DNA of 64,000 nucleotides from a virus (Duplodnaviria; Caudoviricetes): IMG/VR virus record IMGVR_UViG_2695420662_000003, positions 66,837 to 130,836 of that record; one strand, 5' to 3'. Shown piece by piece: positions 39,143 to 50,411 of this stretch (position 1 is its first letter; each line of letters starts with the position of its first letter). The notes under the pieces were generated by a model. It saw only the letters and a program-made list of their open reading frames with translations, ran no database searches and was not told where the DNA came from. The position numbers and the translations under genes were made by a program.

Positions 39143-40548
39143 TAATATTAGCCCCTATATTAAGTGATTAATATAGAAAATCTCTTTAATTGTCGGGAAA
39201 ACCCTTAGAGTTTCAACTACTAAACTATAATAGAAATATTATAGTGGCAATGGGTAACTCCAAAAGGTATAGTAAAAATGTTGAAAATTGGGCAACCCGC
39301 AGGTAAGATTCTAAGTTATATTATAATTTTAAAATTAATATTGTTAAGTATGATAAAATATGATATCATGAAAGTGAGGTGAATGTACATATGGATAGAA
39401 AAGATATAATAGAACAACGATACAAAACAGAAGTGGAAAAAGACGGAGAATATGAATATATAAGAAGTTATCGTAAACATGATGTGCTACCTAATGGTAG
39501 AGTAGTGGGTGATAGCCCTTATATACAAATTAAGCATAAATATTGCGGAAGTGTATATGAGGTTAAAACTAGTAATTTTATAAATCAAAATCAAAGATGT
39601 GGGAAGTGTTGTGGTTCTTATGAAAACTCATTTGCTCATCATATTGAACAAGAACTAGGTGAATCACTTGAGAAATACTGGGATTTTGAAAAGAACACTG
39701 TCAATCCATATTATATAAAAAGAAATTATACTAAAACTAAAGTATGGATTAAATGTCAAGAGAAGGATTATCATGGTTCATATAAAATGTTATGTCCAAA
39801 TTTTATAAAAGGTGTAAGATGTGGTTTTTGCGACAGAAGAAGTGGAAAAGTTCATCCCAAAGATTCATTCGGCTATCTTCATCCTGATAAAGCAAAATGT
39901 TGGCATGAGGATAATGATAAATCGCCTTATGAAGTTGCACCTGGCAGCAATAAAAAATACAAATTTGAATGCGAAATCTGTAATCATGTGTGGAGCGCAT
40001 CGGTGGATAAGATTACGTCTGATAGATGGTGTCCACAGTGTAAATCGAGTAAAGGCGAGAAGAAGATTAAGGAATATTTAGATAAGAATGACATTACGTA
40101 TATTCATGATGAGCCTTACTTCGATGATTTATTATCAGATTTAGGCAATCCACTTAGACCTGATTTTATATTACCAGAACATAAGATTTGGATAGAATAC
40201 GATGGAGAATTTCATTTTAAGGATTTTTATAAAGATGGTAGTTATGAAATCTTGAAAGAGCATGATAAAAGAAAGAACGAATATGCTAAGAAACATGGTT
40301 GGAAAATGATTAGAATTCCATATAATAAATTTGATGATATAGAAAATATATTATATAAAGAATTAAAATTATAATATAATATGAATAAACTTCAACGACT
40401 AGACCGAGAGGTCGTACACTATAAGCGATTGATAGTGGAAAAAGGAGACATCTTTTTTAAAGATGATGATATAGTCTACTCTCATGTGAAAACATGAGCA
40501 GTCATAAAATGACGGTATATGTGTAGCGAACATATATGAATATTTAGG
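39143..40548 (+). ncRNA. group I intron in the tape measure gene
   Basis: P1 GGGGU|UAAUAUUA-GCCCC with U.G at the splice site, P2 CTATATTAA-GTGA-TTAATATAG, P7 ACGACTA/ATAGTCT, terminal G; splicing gives in-frame RLSGV-TYKMKDG. Confidence 0.92.
39391..40374 (+). CDS. intron-encoded putative homing endonuclease (Zn-ribbons plus PD-(D/E)xK/Vsr-like domain)
   Basis: Several CxxC ribbons; SKGEKKI..RPDFILPE..IEYDGEFH..IRIPY; SD GAGGTG before ATG 39391. Confidence 0.8.
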   Translation: MDRKDIIEQRYKTEVEKDGEYEYIRSYRKHDVLPNGRVVGDSPYIQIKHKYCGSVYEVKTSNFINQNQRCGKCCGSYENSFAHHIEQELGESLEKYWDFEKNTVNPYYIKRNYTKTKVWIKCQEKDYHGSYKMLCPNFIKGVRCGFCDRRSGKVHPKDSFGYLHPDKAKCWHEDNDKSPYEVAPGSNKKYKFECEICNHVWSASVDKITSDRWCPQCKSSKGEKKIKEYLDKNDITYIHDEPYFDDLLSDLGNPLRPDFILPEHKIWIEYDGEFHFKDFYKDGSYEILKEHDKRKNEYAKKHGWKMIRIPYNKFDDIENILYKELKL

Positions 40549-43500
40549 AACCTATAAAATGAAGGATGGAGAGACGGTATTAAATGATACCGGTAAGGCG
40601 TTAAAAGATCTTGCAGGAATAGATGTATTTGAAGATGAGCAACAAACTCAAGTTAAAGATATGGTTACTATATTAGATGAACTTAACGAAAAGTACGATG
40701 GTTTATCTGAAAAAGATCAATTGGCGTTAGGTGAAAAGATATCAGGAAAAAATAATGCAGCTACATTCCAGGCTTTAATGGCCAACTGGGATAAGTTTAA
40801 ACAAATACAGGAAGAGTTTAAAAATGGCGATCATTTTGGAAGTATGGCGAAAGAAAACGAACAATACGTAGATAGCATCGCCGGAAAACTCTCAGAGCTA
40901 GGTACTATTTGGACTGATGTTTTTTCAGATATATTCACTCAAGATTTTATAAAAGGCGGATTAGATGGACTTATTGCTATAAGTGAAGTAATAAGAGATT
41001 TAGTATCTGTAACATCTGAATTAGGTATAACATTCCCTGTATTATTTGGTGCATTTGGTGGACTAAGCAACGCATTTAAAGGTATGGGTAAAGACTCCAA
41101 AGGATTTAAGCAAGTTCAAAAAGGTTTGTCTAAAATGGGGATAGATGCAAGCGATGCTGCTATTATGATGGGTAATTTAGATTCATCTAATAAAAAAGTA
41201 TCGAAATCTATGGCTCAAGTTAACACTAGCACAAAAGGTACTTCAAAAATAATGGGTACTATAAGAAATGGTGTTGATAAAGTTGGAACTAGCGTATTAA
41301 ATGCAGGTACGCATATTAAGAACTTTGCATTAGGGTTTGGTAAAATGGCACTTGTAACAGGTGTTATACAAGGTGTCGCAAAGGCATTTGACTATGCGAC
41401 CAGTGCCGTAAAAGATCAAAATAAAGAAATTAGAAATAATATAGAAGATTTACAGTCATCTGTTAAGGCAGAAGAGGATAAACTAAAGTACATAGATGAA
41501 AATGGTAAGAGATATCAAGAGTTAATAAAGAAACAAGAACAATATTCTAAATCAGGAAAAGAATTAACTCAAGAACAAGTTGCAGAAATGCAAGAACTTC
41601 AAGATATTACAAATACACTAGCTGAAATGTTTCCTGATCTCGTGATCGGTTATTCAAGTGATGGTTCTCCTATAATAGCTATGGGGAATGACATGGAGTA
41701 TCTTAAACAAAAAACTCAAGATACTATAAATCTTCAGGAGAAACTGATAGAAAACCAAAGAAATAATCTCGCCAAGAATGCAACAAAGATGATTCAAGAA
41801 GGAGAATTATTTGGCAAGGATGGTTTCGGGAAGAAAAATGACATAGTTTACAATACTGAAAACTATAAGAAATCTATTGAAAGTTGGAAATCAGGGCTTT
41901 TAGGCGGGTATAAAACTATATCTCAATATGAGGACAATTTCTTAAATGCAAGTGGTAAAAAGAAAATGAAACACTTAGAGCAATATAAGAAAATGACTCA
42001 AGCACAACAAAAAGATATAGATAAATATTATACTAAAGCATTAGAATCGGTTAATGAGTATTATGAACTGTCTACTCAAATACAACAAGCAGCATTTGAC
42101 CAAATTTCAAATATGGATGTATATAAGGGATTAAAGGGTGACAAGTTAAATACTGCAAATCAATTCATATCATCTATTGACTGGGGTGAGTTAGATACTG
42201 CAGGTCAACAAAAATGGATTGGTGCAACGGAAAAGATTTTAGGTTTGATTGATTCGGGTGATCCTAGAGTTCAAAAATGGTCAGAAAGTTGGAGTAAGGC
42301 CAATAATGAATTCAAAAACACTGGTGATTATGAAAAATATACTAAAAATTTAAATGGATTAGCAAAAGAATTATCATCTTTGACAGGCGTAGATTTTTCA
42401 ACGATAATGCAAGGATTAACTCAAGTATATGCGCCATTGAGTCAAAGCGAACAAGAATTGCAGAATTTCTTAAGTACATATAATAAAACTAGAGATGATT
42501 TGCTTAACGGAGATCCTATAGCACAAGCGTTAGCAAGACAGTTTGAAGGTTTGGATAATTTATGGAATGATTTATTAACAAATGATAATGCATATACAGT
42601 AGATGGGAAACTTACATATAATATGATGGTTGAAATAGGTAATCGAAAAGATATACCTAAAGAGATATCAGATTTAGCCAAATCATTTGCAAGTGATAAT
42701 AAAATAACTGAACAGGAAACAAAAATAATAACAGATTTAGTATTTACCTTAAAAGAGGGGAATACTGATGAGGCAAGAAAAAAACTAGAGGAGATTAATA
42801 AAGAGTTAGCAAAACATGGCAGAGAGCCTATACCTATGGAAGTATTAACAGATGTTAAAGGCGGAGAAAAGGTAGAGGAGTTAAATAAGAAATTAGAAGG
42901 ACTACCAAAAGATACGAAAACACTGGTTGAAAGTGAAGTTATAGGTGAAGAAGATATAGAAACTTTAAAACAACTTTTAAATGACTCTTCTTTATCGGAT
43001 AATAAAGTTATAAGTATCTTAATGGAAAATCAGGATGCAATAACTAAAGCAGGCGGTTTAAAGCAATGGTTAGATAGTATACCTCAAGAGACATGGACTA
43101 AATTAGGTGTTAAAGAGGAGAATGTTGAACAAGCCAAACAAGGATTAGAAGAGGTGTCTCAAAAGCAAGATGAAGTAGATAGTAAAGAAAGTACGATAAA
43201 GGTAAATGGTGAAGAGACTCAAGGTGCTATAGAGGATATTAATAGTTTAATAGAGTATTCAACACAACTTAAAGATGGTACATATAAAATTGATTTTGAA
43301 ACAAATGTAGGAGATACTATAACTCAATTAGGAAGTGTTGCAGATAAGGTAAATGAAATATCTAGTGCATTCGGAAGTATACCTAATAAGACAATAAATA
43401 TAGAGACGGCACAAGCAAGTAAAAATATAACAGGGCTTAAAAATAATATTCAACAATTTAACTCATTGTCAGGTGGCGTAAAAACAGTAAAATTCAATAC

Positions 43501-45772
43501 TGATACTGCGACTGCATCAAAGAATGTTACAGGTCTTAGAAGTAATGTGAGTTCATATATAAGTGCCTACTGTGGTAAGTCTTACTCTACTAGATTCAAT
43601 ACTGAAACAGCGCAAGCTAGTAAGAATGTATCTGGTCTTAGAGGTAATGTAGCAAGCTATGTATCGGCTTACGGAGGTAAATCCTATACTACTACATTTA
43701 ATGTAGTTACTAAATATACCACACAAGGAAGTCCTACTCCTGCAAGTAGTGGTGCTAAACCTAAAGGTAGAAGTATAAGTACATTAGAAAATACACCTAC
43801 ACCAATGAGTACGGATGTGAATACACAACCTTTAACTAGAGATGTAGCTACAACTCCGCAACCACTAGGAGATACCCCTGTAATACAGCCGAGAGCAAAC
43901 GTAGATACAAGTCATAGTATCATAAGTGGTTCTATAAAATATGACGTAGACATGTTAAGAGAAATGACTAATCAGATTAAACAACTTGAACATGAATTTA
44001 ATAAATTAGATAAAGCAATAGATAAGGCCGTAGGTAATGAAAAAATCCGACTTTTAGAGAAGCAAAATGAGTTATTAGAAAGACAGAAAGCATCACAAAA
44101 AGAATTATTGTCTTATCTTTATAAGCAGCAAACCTATTATAGAGATTATTTAACTAATCATGGTTTCTTTACCGATTCATCGGGTAATTTAACTAACTAT
44201 GAAGAGAAATTAAATGCATTAGAAAACCATGTGGATAGTTTAAAGAAAAAAGCAGAGGATGCACAGAAGGCTAGTAGCGATTATAAAGGTGAGAATGAAT
44301 CCTATAAAAATCAACTTGAAGAAAATAGCAAAGCAGCACAAGATGCTTACGATAAAGAAAGAGAGAAACTTTCTGAAATAAAAGACTATCTAAGTGCCTA
44401 TATGGATGCTACATTTGACAAAATTCCAGATGCTATTGAAAAATGGGAAGATTTAAATTCTAAAATAGAAGATAATATAGACACCATGACGAAGATGAAA
44501 TACGATAGAATGTTAAGGCCTTACATAGATAAAGCAAATGAATTAGAGCATGCTTTAGATAGAGTTAATGACCAAATGGATCTTTTAGATGCTAAATATG
44601 AACATGCCACAGGTGAAGAACAGTTAGAATACTATAATAAGAAAATACAGTATCTAGAACGAGAAAGAGAAGTTTTAAAACAGTTAAGTAATCAATATCG
44701 TGCGCAACAAGTTGAAATGATGGCTCATTTAAAGCAATTCGGAGTTGAATTTGATGACTCTAGTTTAATATCTAATTATTCAAAAGTCTTAGATAAATTC
44801 AGTGAACACAAAGATTATGAGAAGATTAAAGAATATATGGATGATTATATAGATTTAGTAAGGGATAAACTTCCTGATGCATGGAAAGATTGGTTAGAGG
44901 CAGAGAATAAAATAAAAGATGCTAAAAAAGAGCAACTTAAAGTAACAAAGGATATGGAAGAAAAAATAACAGACATCATAAAAAAAGAAGTAGATAAGAG
45001 AATTGATTTAATTGAAAAAGAGGCGGATGAAAGAATAAAAGCATTAAAAAAAGAACAGGATGCTTATAATGATGCCAGAAAAGAAGCCGATTATCAAAAT
45101 GATTATAACGATCAATTAAAAAAAATTCAAGATTTACAAAAGGAATATGATAGATTATCAGGAGACAACTCATTAGGTAGTAAAAAGAGGCTTGAGGAAT
45201 TAAAGAAGGAGATAGAAGAAGAACAGAAAAGACTTGAAGAATTGGTACAGAATAAGATTGATGATGATGTAAATGATATGTTTGACAAGGAACAAGATAG
45301 GATTGAAGAAGATAAAGATAATGCTATAAAAGACTTAGAAGATAAATATTCTGATGAGAATATCCAAAACATCGTTAAGGAAATGCTTAATACTGGAGTC
45401 TATACTGATATAGATGGTAAATTACGCTCATTGCAAGAAGTCATGCTTGAATATATTGATAAGTATCAAGATGGACTTAGTGCAACAGGGGCTTTAATAA
45501 AAGATGAGTGGATTGGCAACCTGGAGATTGCATTAGAAACTATGAAAAATATATCAGATATAAATGCAAGTTTAAATTTAAATAAATTCGCAAATGGAAG
45601 AATGTCCTCCCCTGGATCTAGTCGCAGTAGTAATCCTGTAAACTTTAACGCTCCATTGATAAATATTGAAGGTAATGTAGATGAGTCTGTGATGAATGAG
45701 TTGAAAGGTTTAGAGAAAAGAATAACAAATATAGTGGTAAAAGAGATAATGAACAAAGTTGACGGAAGATAA
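40549..45772 (+). CDS. tape measure protein, exon 2
   Basis: Continues TMP core (KALKDLAGIDVF); about 34 aa TAQASKN repeats near 43400-43710; spliced product about 2351 aa. Confidence 0.9.
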
Positions 45773-45791
45773 AAAGTTTTAAAAAAAATAG

Positions 45792-45820
45792 TTGACATAT
45801 ATGAAAAGTTCATATACAAT
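45792..45820 (+). promoter_or_regulatory. internal SigA promoter with ATGAAAAGTTCAT operator
   Basis: ttgaca-tatatgaaaagttcata-tacaat. Confidence 0.8.
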
Positions 45821-45881
45821 AAAGGTATAAGGTTGAGATAAAAACTTTGACCTTATACCTTACATATGAAAGGAGGATCAG

Positions 45882-46646
45882 ATGAAATTTAATAGTGATA
45901 AGTTTGAATTTAATAAAATACACTCTAGCATAAAACAAGTATCTTTGCTTTGGGGAGATGATAACTTTATTGAATACGGATTAAATTTTAATCAACCTAT
46001 GGAATACGATGGGTTATCATGGAAAGTAAAGGATAACGATCAACCTGAAACCATTAAACTAAATATAATATATGAGGTTGATAATATTGCAAAGGTATGG
46101 ACGAAAGAAAAGATAAAAGATATAGAAAATTGGTTAAAAACAGACGATTTTGCCCCATTTGTAAGTGATGATGATAAAACTATTACATATTATTTTAAAA
46201 CAGTAAATATAGTTAGAAAATTTGATGAGAATATGACTGGTTGGTTAGAGGTGGAGTTTCAACCGTTATCAAATAGTGGATATATCAATCAAAATATAAC
46301 ATTGAGAAATCCTACAAGATTCTTAAAAATGAAAAATATACCAGCTATGTCAATAGTAAATGAAAGTGATTCGAGTAAGCCTTATTATCCAATAATTAAG
46401 ATAACCAGATTAAATGGAGAATTACAGATAGTGAATCAAACAAATAAAAATACCTTTACTATAAATGGTATAGGAAATATAAAAATAGATAATAAAATGG
46501 GGACTATATTTGATGATGAGGGAAATAATTTAATAATGAATAGTAATAGAAAGTGGTTGTATTTTAATAAGGGTACAAATCAAATTCAAGTGATAGGAAA
46601 CTGTGAAAATATATCATTTATATCTCAATATGAGGTGGGAATATAA
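45882..46646 (+). CDS. distal tail protein (Dit)
   Basis: After TMP; IENWLKTDDFAPF, YYPIIKI, WLYFNKGTN. Confidence 0.75.
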   Translation: MKFNSDKFEFNKIHSSIKQVSLLWGDDNFIEYGLNFNQPMEYDGLSWKVKDNDQPETIKLNIIYEVDNIAKVWTKEKIKDIENWLKTDDFAPFVSDDDKTITYYFKTVNIVRKFDENMTGWLEVEFQPLSNSGYINQNITLRNPTRFLKMKNIPAMSIVNESDSSKPYYPIIKITRLNGELQIVNQTNKNTFTINGIGNIKIDNKMGTIFDDEGNNLIMNSNRKWLYFNKGTNQIQVIGNCENISFISQYEVGI

Positions 46647-48310
46647 TGACTGTACATATAAAAGAAATAGTAAATGATTACAATTTGACTTTAAATAAGA
46701 TAAATGGTAATTTATTAGGCAAGATCAATAACAAATACCTTAAAGAGATTAATAAATCTATAATGGATATAGATAAAATAAGTTTATCTATTCCAAAGTA
46801 CATATTTAGCGAAGAAAGTTTCAAAAGAGTAATTAATCCCATATATGGTGACTTTAAGCATGAACGACTTATACATCTTAACAATAAAGAAACTTATATT
46901 GTAAAAAATATAGACATAACCGATCAATATAAAAATATAACGGCAGAATCAAGGGAAGTAAGATTGAAAAAGATAGATCTCAAATTTGAAGATATAGGAT
47001 TTAGACTTACATCAAAAGACGAAGAGAATGATGTATACTGTTTAGGTGATTATATGTATGAGGAGACGGGTTGGAAGTTTGGACATATAGATAATAAAGT
47101 TAAATTCCAAGATGATGGCGTTACTGAAAAAATGAGATGGCAAGAGTCAGTGGAAGGTTATTGGTATGAATATTTAACTCAAACAATAGCAGAACAGTTT
47201 GAATGTGTAGTTATGTTTGATAGTTATAATAAACTAGTAAATTTGTATGATATTGATGGATTTGGTGGGGAAGTAAAATTATACCTAACGAATGACAACT
47301 ATATCAAATCGTTAGAAAAACAAACATCTTCTGCAGATATAGTAACTAGACTTAGATTAGAGGGTAATTCAGGATTAACTATAATAGAAGGAAATCCTAG
47401 TGGTGTTGATTATATAGAAAATTATTCTTACTTTATAGAAAACGAAGAAATGAGCGCAGAATTAATTCAAGCATTAAGTACATATGATATGATGGTAAAA
47501 AAGAGAGCAGTAGATTGGAATAACTTAATAAACTATAAAAATGAAAGACAAAAAGTGTTTAATGATAAAAAGATGGAGAGATTTCAATTGATATCGGATA
47601 TAAAAGCAACAGAAAGTATGAAAAATGTTGAATCATCAAGGAAAGATCCAAATGCTGAATTATTAGCAAGATATATTGCTGAGTTAACCAAATATAGAGA
47701 TAAGGAAGTTTTGCTAGATCGAGAAATAAAAGAAATAGAAGACGATATAGAAAGAACTCAATCAACTATCAATGAAATTACAATTTTATGTCAAAAACCT
47801 ACTGCAACAGATGATAATGGGCAGTTAATCTTCAATGAAGGATTATTAAATGAATTAAAAGATTATATATACGTAGATACATTTAGTGATGATGCTTATT
47901 TAAAAATAGAAGATTTATTGAGTGTAGGAAAAAGAAAATTAGAATTAACATGTAAACCAACATCAACATGGAACGTGGATGTAGTAGATTTTACAGATAG
48001 AATAATAGACAATAATTTTCATCAACATTTTAAAGGTACATTGAATCTAGGCGATATAATAATTCTATATGATGAGGATAAAGACAAAGAGGAGTTTGTT
48101 TATTTTACATCTTTTTCTAAAAGACCTAATGAAAAAGAATTAGATATAACTCTAAGCAATAAGAAAGTTGAAAGAGATGATATAGTAGGAATGTCAGCAG
48201 TATTAACAGAATCAAAAAAAATGGCAAGATTATTAAAATCTAAAAGATATTTACTAATGAATCAAGAAAAAAATAGAATAAATCTTGAGTATCATAGAGG
48301 AGGGATTTAA
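46646..48310 (+). CDS. tail spike/Tal-like protein
   Basis: TGWKFG, IVTRLRLEG..GLTI..NPSGVDYIENYSYF, LNLGD. Confidence 0.75.
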   Translation: MTVHIKEIVNDYNLTLNKINGNLLGKINNKYLKEINKSIMDIDKISLSIPKYIFSEESFKRVINPIYGDFKHERLIHLNNKETYIVKNIDITDQYKNITAESREVRLKKIDLKFEDIGFRLTSKDEENDVYCLGDYMYEETGWKFGHIDNKVKFQDDGVTEKMRWQESVEGYWYEYLTQTIAEQFECVVMFDSYNKLVNLYDIDGFGGEVKLYLTNDNYIKSLEKQTSSADIVTRLRLEGNSGLTIIEGNPSGVDYIENYSYFIENEEMSAELIQALSTYDMMVKKRAVDWNNLINYKNERQKVFNDKKMERFQLISDIKATESMKNVESSRKDPNAELLARYIAELTKYRDKEVLLDREIKEIEDDIERTQSTINEITILCQKPTATDDNGQLIFNEGLLNELKDYIYVDTFSDDAYLKIEDLLSVGKRKLELTCKPTSTWNVDVVDFTDRIIDNNFHQHFKGTLNLGDIIILYDEDKDKEEFVYFTSFSKRPNEKELDITLSNKKVERDDIVGMSAVLTESKKMARLLKSKRYLLMNQEKNRINLEYHRGGI

Positions 48311-50406
48311 TGGCATTAAATCATAACAATCCTAGTTTCTACTATATATCATGGAAGGATTTGTTAATTACATATGAAGGAACACAATATAAAATACAAA
48401 ATAGCTATACGAATTTAAAGTATGTATACTGGGATGTTACAAGCCCTTATGAATTACAATGTTTTAATAGAACCCAAAATACTAAACCTGGATTTTATCA
48501 ATTATTTATAAATGACAGAGGTCAGGCAACGGAGCGTTCTCATGAAGATTTGGTTATGTCATGGGACGGGAATAACACTGATTTAATAATGAGTCAGATT
48601 TATGGTATACATCAAGATAATAAAGAAACTGGTAAAAAGTTCGTAGCGATAGAAACTAATATTGACGGTATTAAAAATATAGTAGGGGAAGTTCAACAAA
48701 GTTCAAAAGATCTAAATGAAAAAGTAACCAAAATTGAACAAACATCAAATGAGATAGGATTATCCGTAAGAGATTTAAGACAAGAATTTACTGACAATAA
48801 AGAAGTAAATGAATTAAGAGAAAATCTCAATATGAGTATTATTGATTTCAATTCATCGTTGGGGTTATTTAAGTCCGAGATATACACTTATTATAAGGAT
48901 AATAAGATAGACGAGGAAGAGAAAATAAAAATCAATACCCAATTAGATATTTTAGATAGTAAAAAAGCATCTGTTATAAGATATACAGATATCGTAATAA
49001 ATATAATGCAAAGCAAAGATCAAACTACGGAAGTTAATAGATTAAACAGTGCAAAGACTAAATTTTTAAATAGTGTTAAAAATTTACGTACATATATAAC
49101 AACTGCTGTAAGTGATAGTACAGTTGTACCTTCTGAAATAACTGGCATAGTTGATTTATTTGCAAAGTGTAGCATTGCGATAAAAGAGTTGAAAAATACT
49201 TGTGACGATTGTATTTTTTTAGGTGCAGGAGGAAAGATAACAGATGAATTAGCGAATATAATCATGAAGTCAAACGAAATCTCACTATCTGTTTCTAAAA
49301 CTGAAGAAGATATAAAAAGTAACTTAAGCATAGAAAAGAATTTGCTACAAGGTAATGTTACAGATTTAAGAAACGCAACAGAGAAAATTATTAAAGTGTT
49401 AAATATCTTATTTTCTGACGGAGAAGTTAATGCTGAAGAATCTAAAATAATAGATGAAAATATACTATTAATAAATAGAGAAAAATCAGATATAGATTCT
49501 AGTTATTCAGGAATGTATGAAAATGTTAATATATCGGAGCAAATGAAGAACACACTATTTAACAGTTATAATTCTTTTAATAGCAAGTACAATGCTATGA
49601 TATCAAAAATAAATTCTGTAATAGAGGATGTCTTTGTAAATGACTCAGAAAAGGCTCAAACAATGACTACTATAGATGAAATGCTATCAGAATTAACTAA
49701 ATATCATCCCATTGCATGTCAGGCTATGGATGATATAAGGGACAATAAATACAAAGCAGAAATAAAAGCAGCAAAAGATGCACTTCAAAAGGAGATAGTT
49801 CAAGTAGATGAAAAAGTTAATGAGTTAGGTGGAATTGTAGATGGATCTTTTGAGGACAATATATTAGATAAAACAGAAAGACAAAATATAAAAAATGATT
49901 TGATTGTTTTAAATAGAGAAAAGGTTGATATAGATAATCAGTATAATACATATTATAAAAATATAAATCTTGATGGTCAATTAAAAATTGATTTTAAAAA
50001 CTCATATGATGACTATATTTTAAAATACAATAAATTAATTGAGAAGATGACTGGAATATTAAATAAACAAACTCTTATAGATAATCTTGATAGAGAAAAT
50101 TTACAAAATGCGAATACGCAGCTAAGTACCGCTATAGGTGAATTTGTAAAAAAAGTAAATGAAGCAATTGAATATGTTAATAAAAAAGAAATAAATAAAG
50201 CAAAAGAAGATTTAAATAGTCAAATTGGAGATGTAGAAAAGGGATTAAGTGATTTAGGAAATACACTAAATACAACATTTAAGGATGGGATAATCTCAGA
50301 GGCCGAAGCAAAAATGATAGAATCGGATTTAAGTCGTATAAATAGAGAAAAATCGGATATAGACACCTTATACGAGCAATTATATAACAATCCAAATTTA
50401 ATATAG
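48310..50406 (+). CDS. tail fibre-associated helical repeat protein
   Basis: Repeats of F.DG.I...E...I...L..INREKSDID..Y. Confidence 0.7.
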   Translation: MALNHNNPSFYYISWKDLLITYEGTQYKIQNSYTNLKYVYWDVTSPYELQCFNRTQNTKPGFYQLFINDRGQATERSHEDLVMSWDGNNTDLIMSQIYGIHQDNKETGKKFVAIETNIDGIKNIVGEVQQSSKDLNEKVTKIEQTSNEIGLSVRDLRQEFTDNKEVNELRENLNMSIIDFNSSLGLFKSEIYTYYKDNKIDEEEKIKINTQLDILDSKKASVIRYTDIVINIMQSKDQTTEVNRLNSAKTKFLNSVKNLRTYITTAVSDSTVVPSEITGIVDLFAKCSIAIKELKNTCDDCIFLGAGGKITDELANIIMKSNEISLSVSKTEEDIKSNLSIEKNLLQGNVTDLRNATEKIIKVLNILFSDGEVNAEESKIIDENILLINREKSDIDSSYSGMYENVNISEQMKNTLFNSYNSFNSKYNAMISKINSVIEDVFVNDSEKAQTMTTIDEMLSELTKYHPIACQAMDDIRDNKYKAEIKAAKDALQKEIVQVDEKVNELGGIVDGSFEDNILDKTERQNIKNDLIVLNREKVDIDNQYNTYYKNINLDGQLKIDFKNSYDDYILKYNKLIEKMTGILNKQTLIDNLDRENLQNANTQLSTAIGEFVKKVNEAIEYVNKKEINKAKEDLNSQIGDVEKGLSDLGNTLNTTFKDGIISEAEAKMIESDLSRINREKSDIDTLYEQLYNNPNLI

Positions 50407-50411
50407 GGGGT

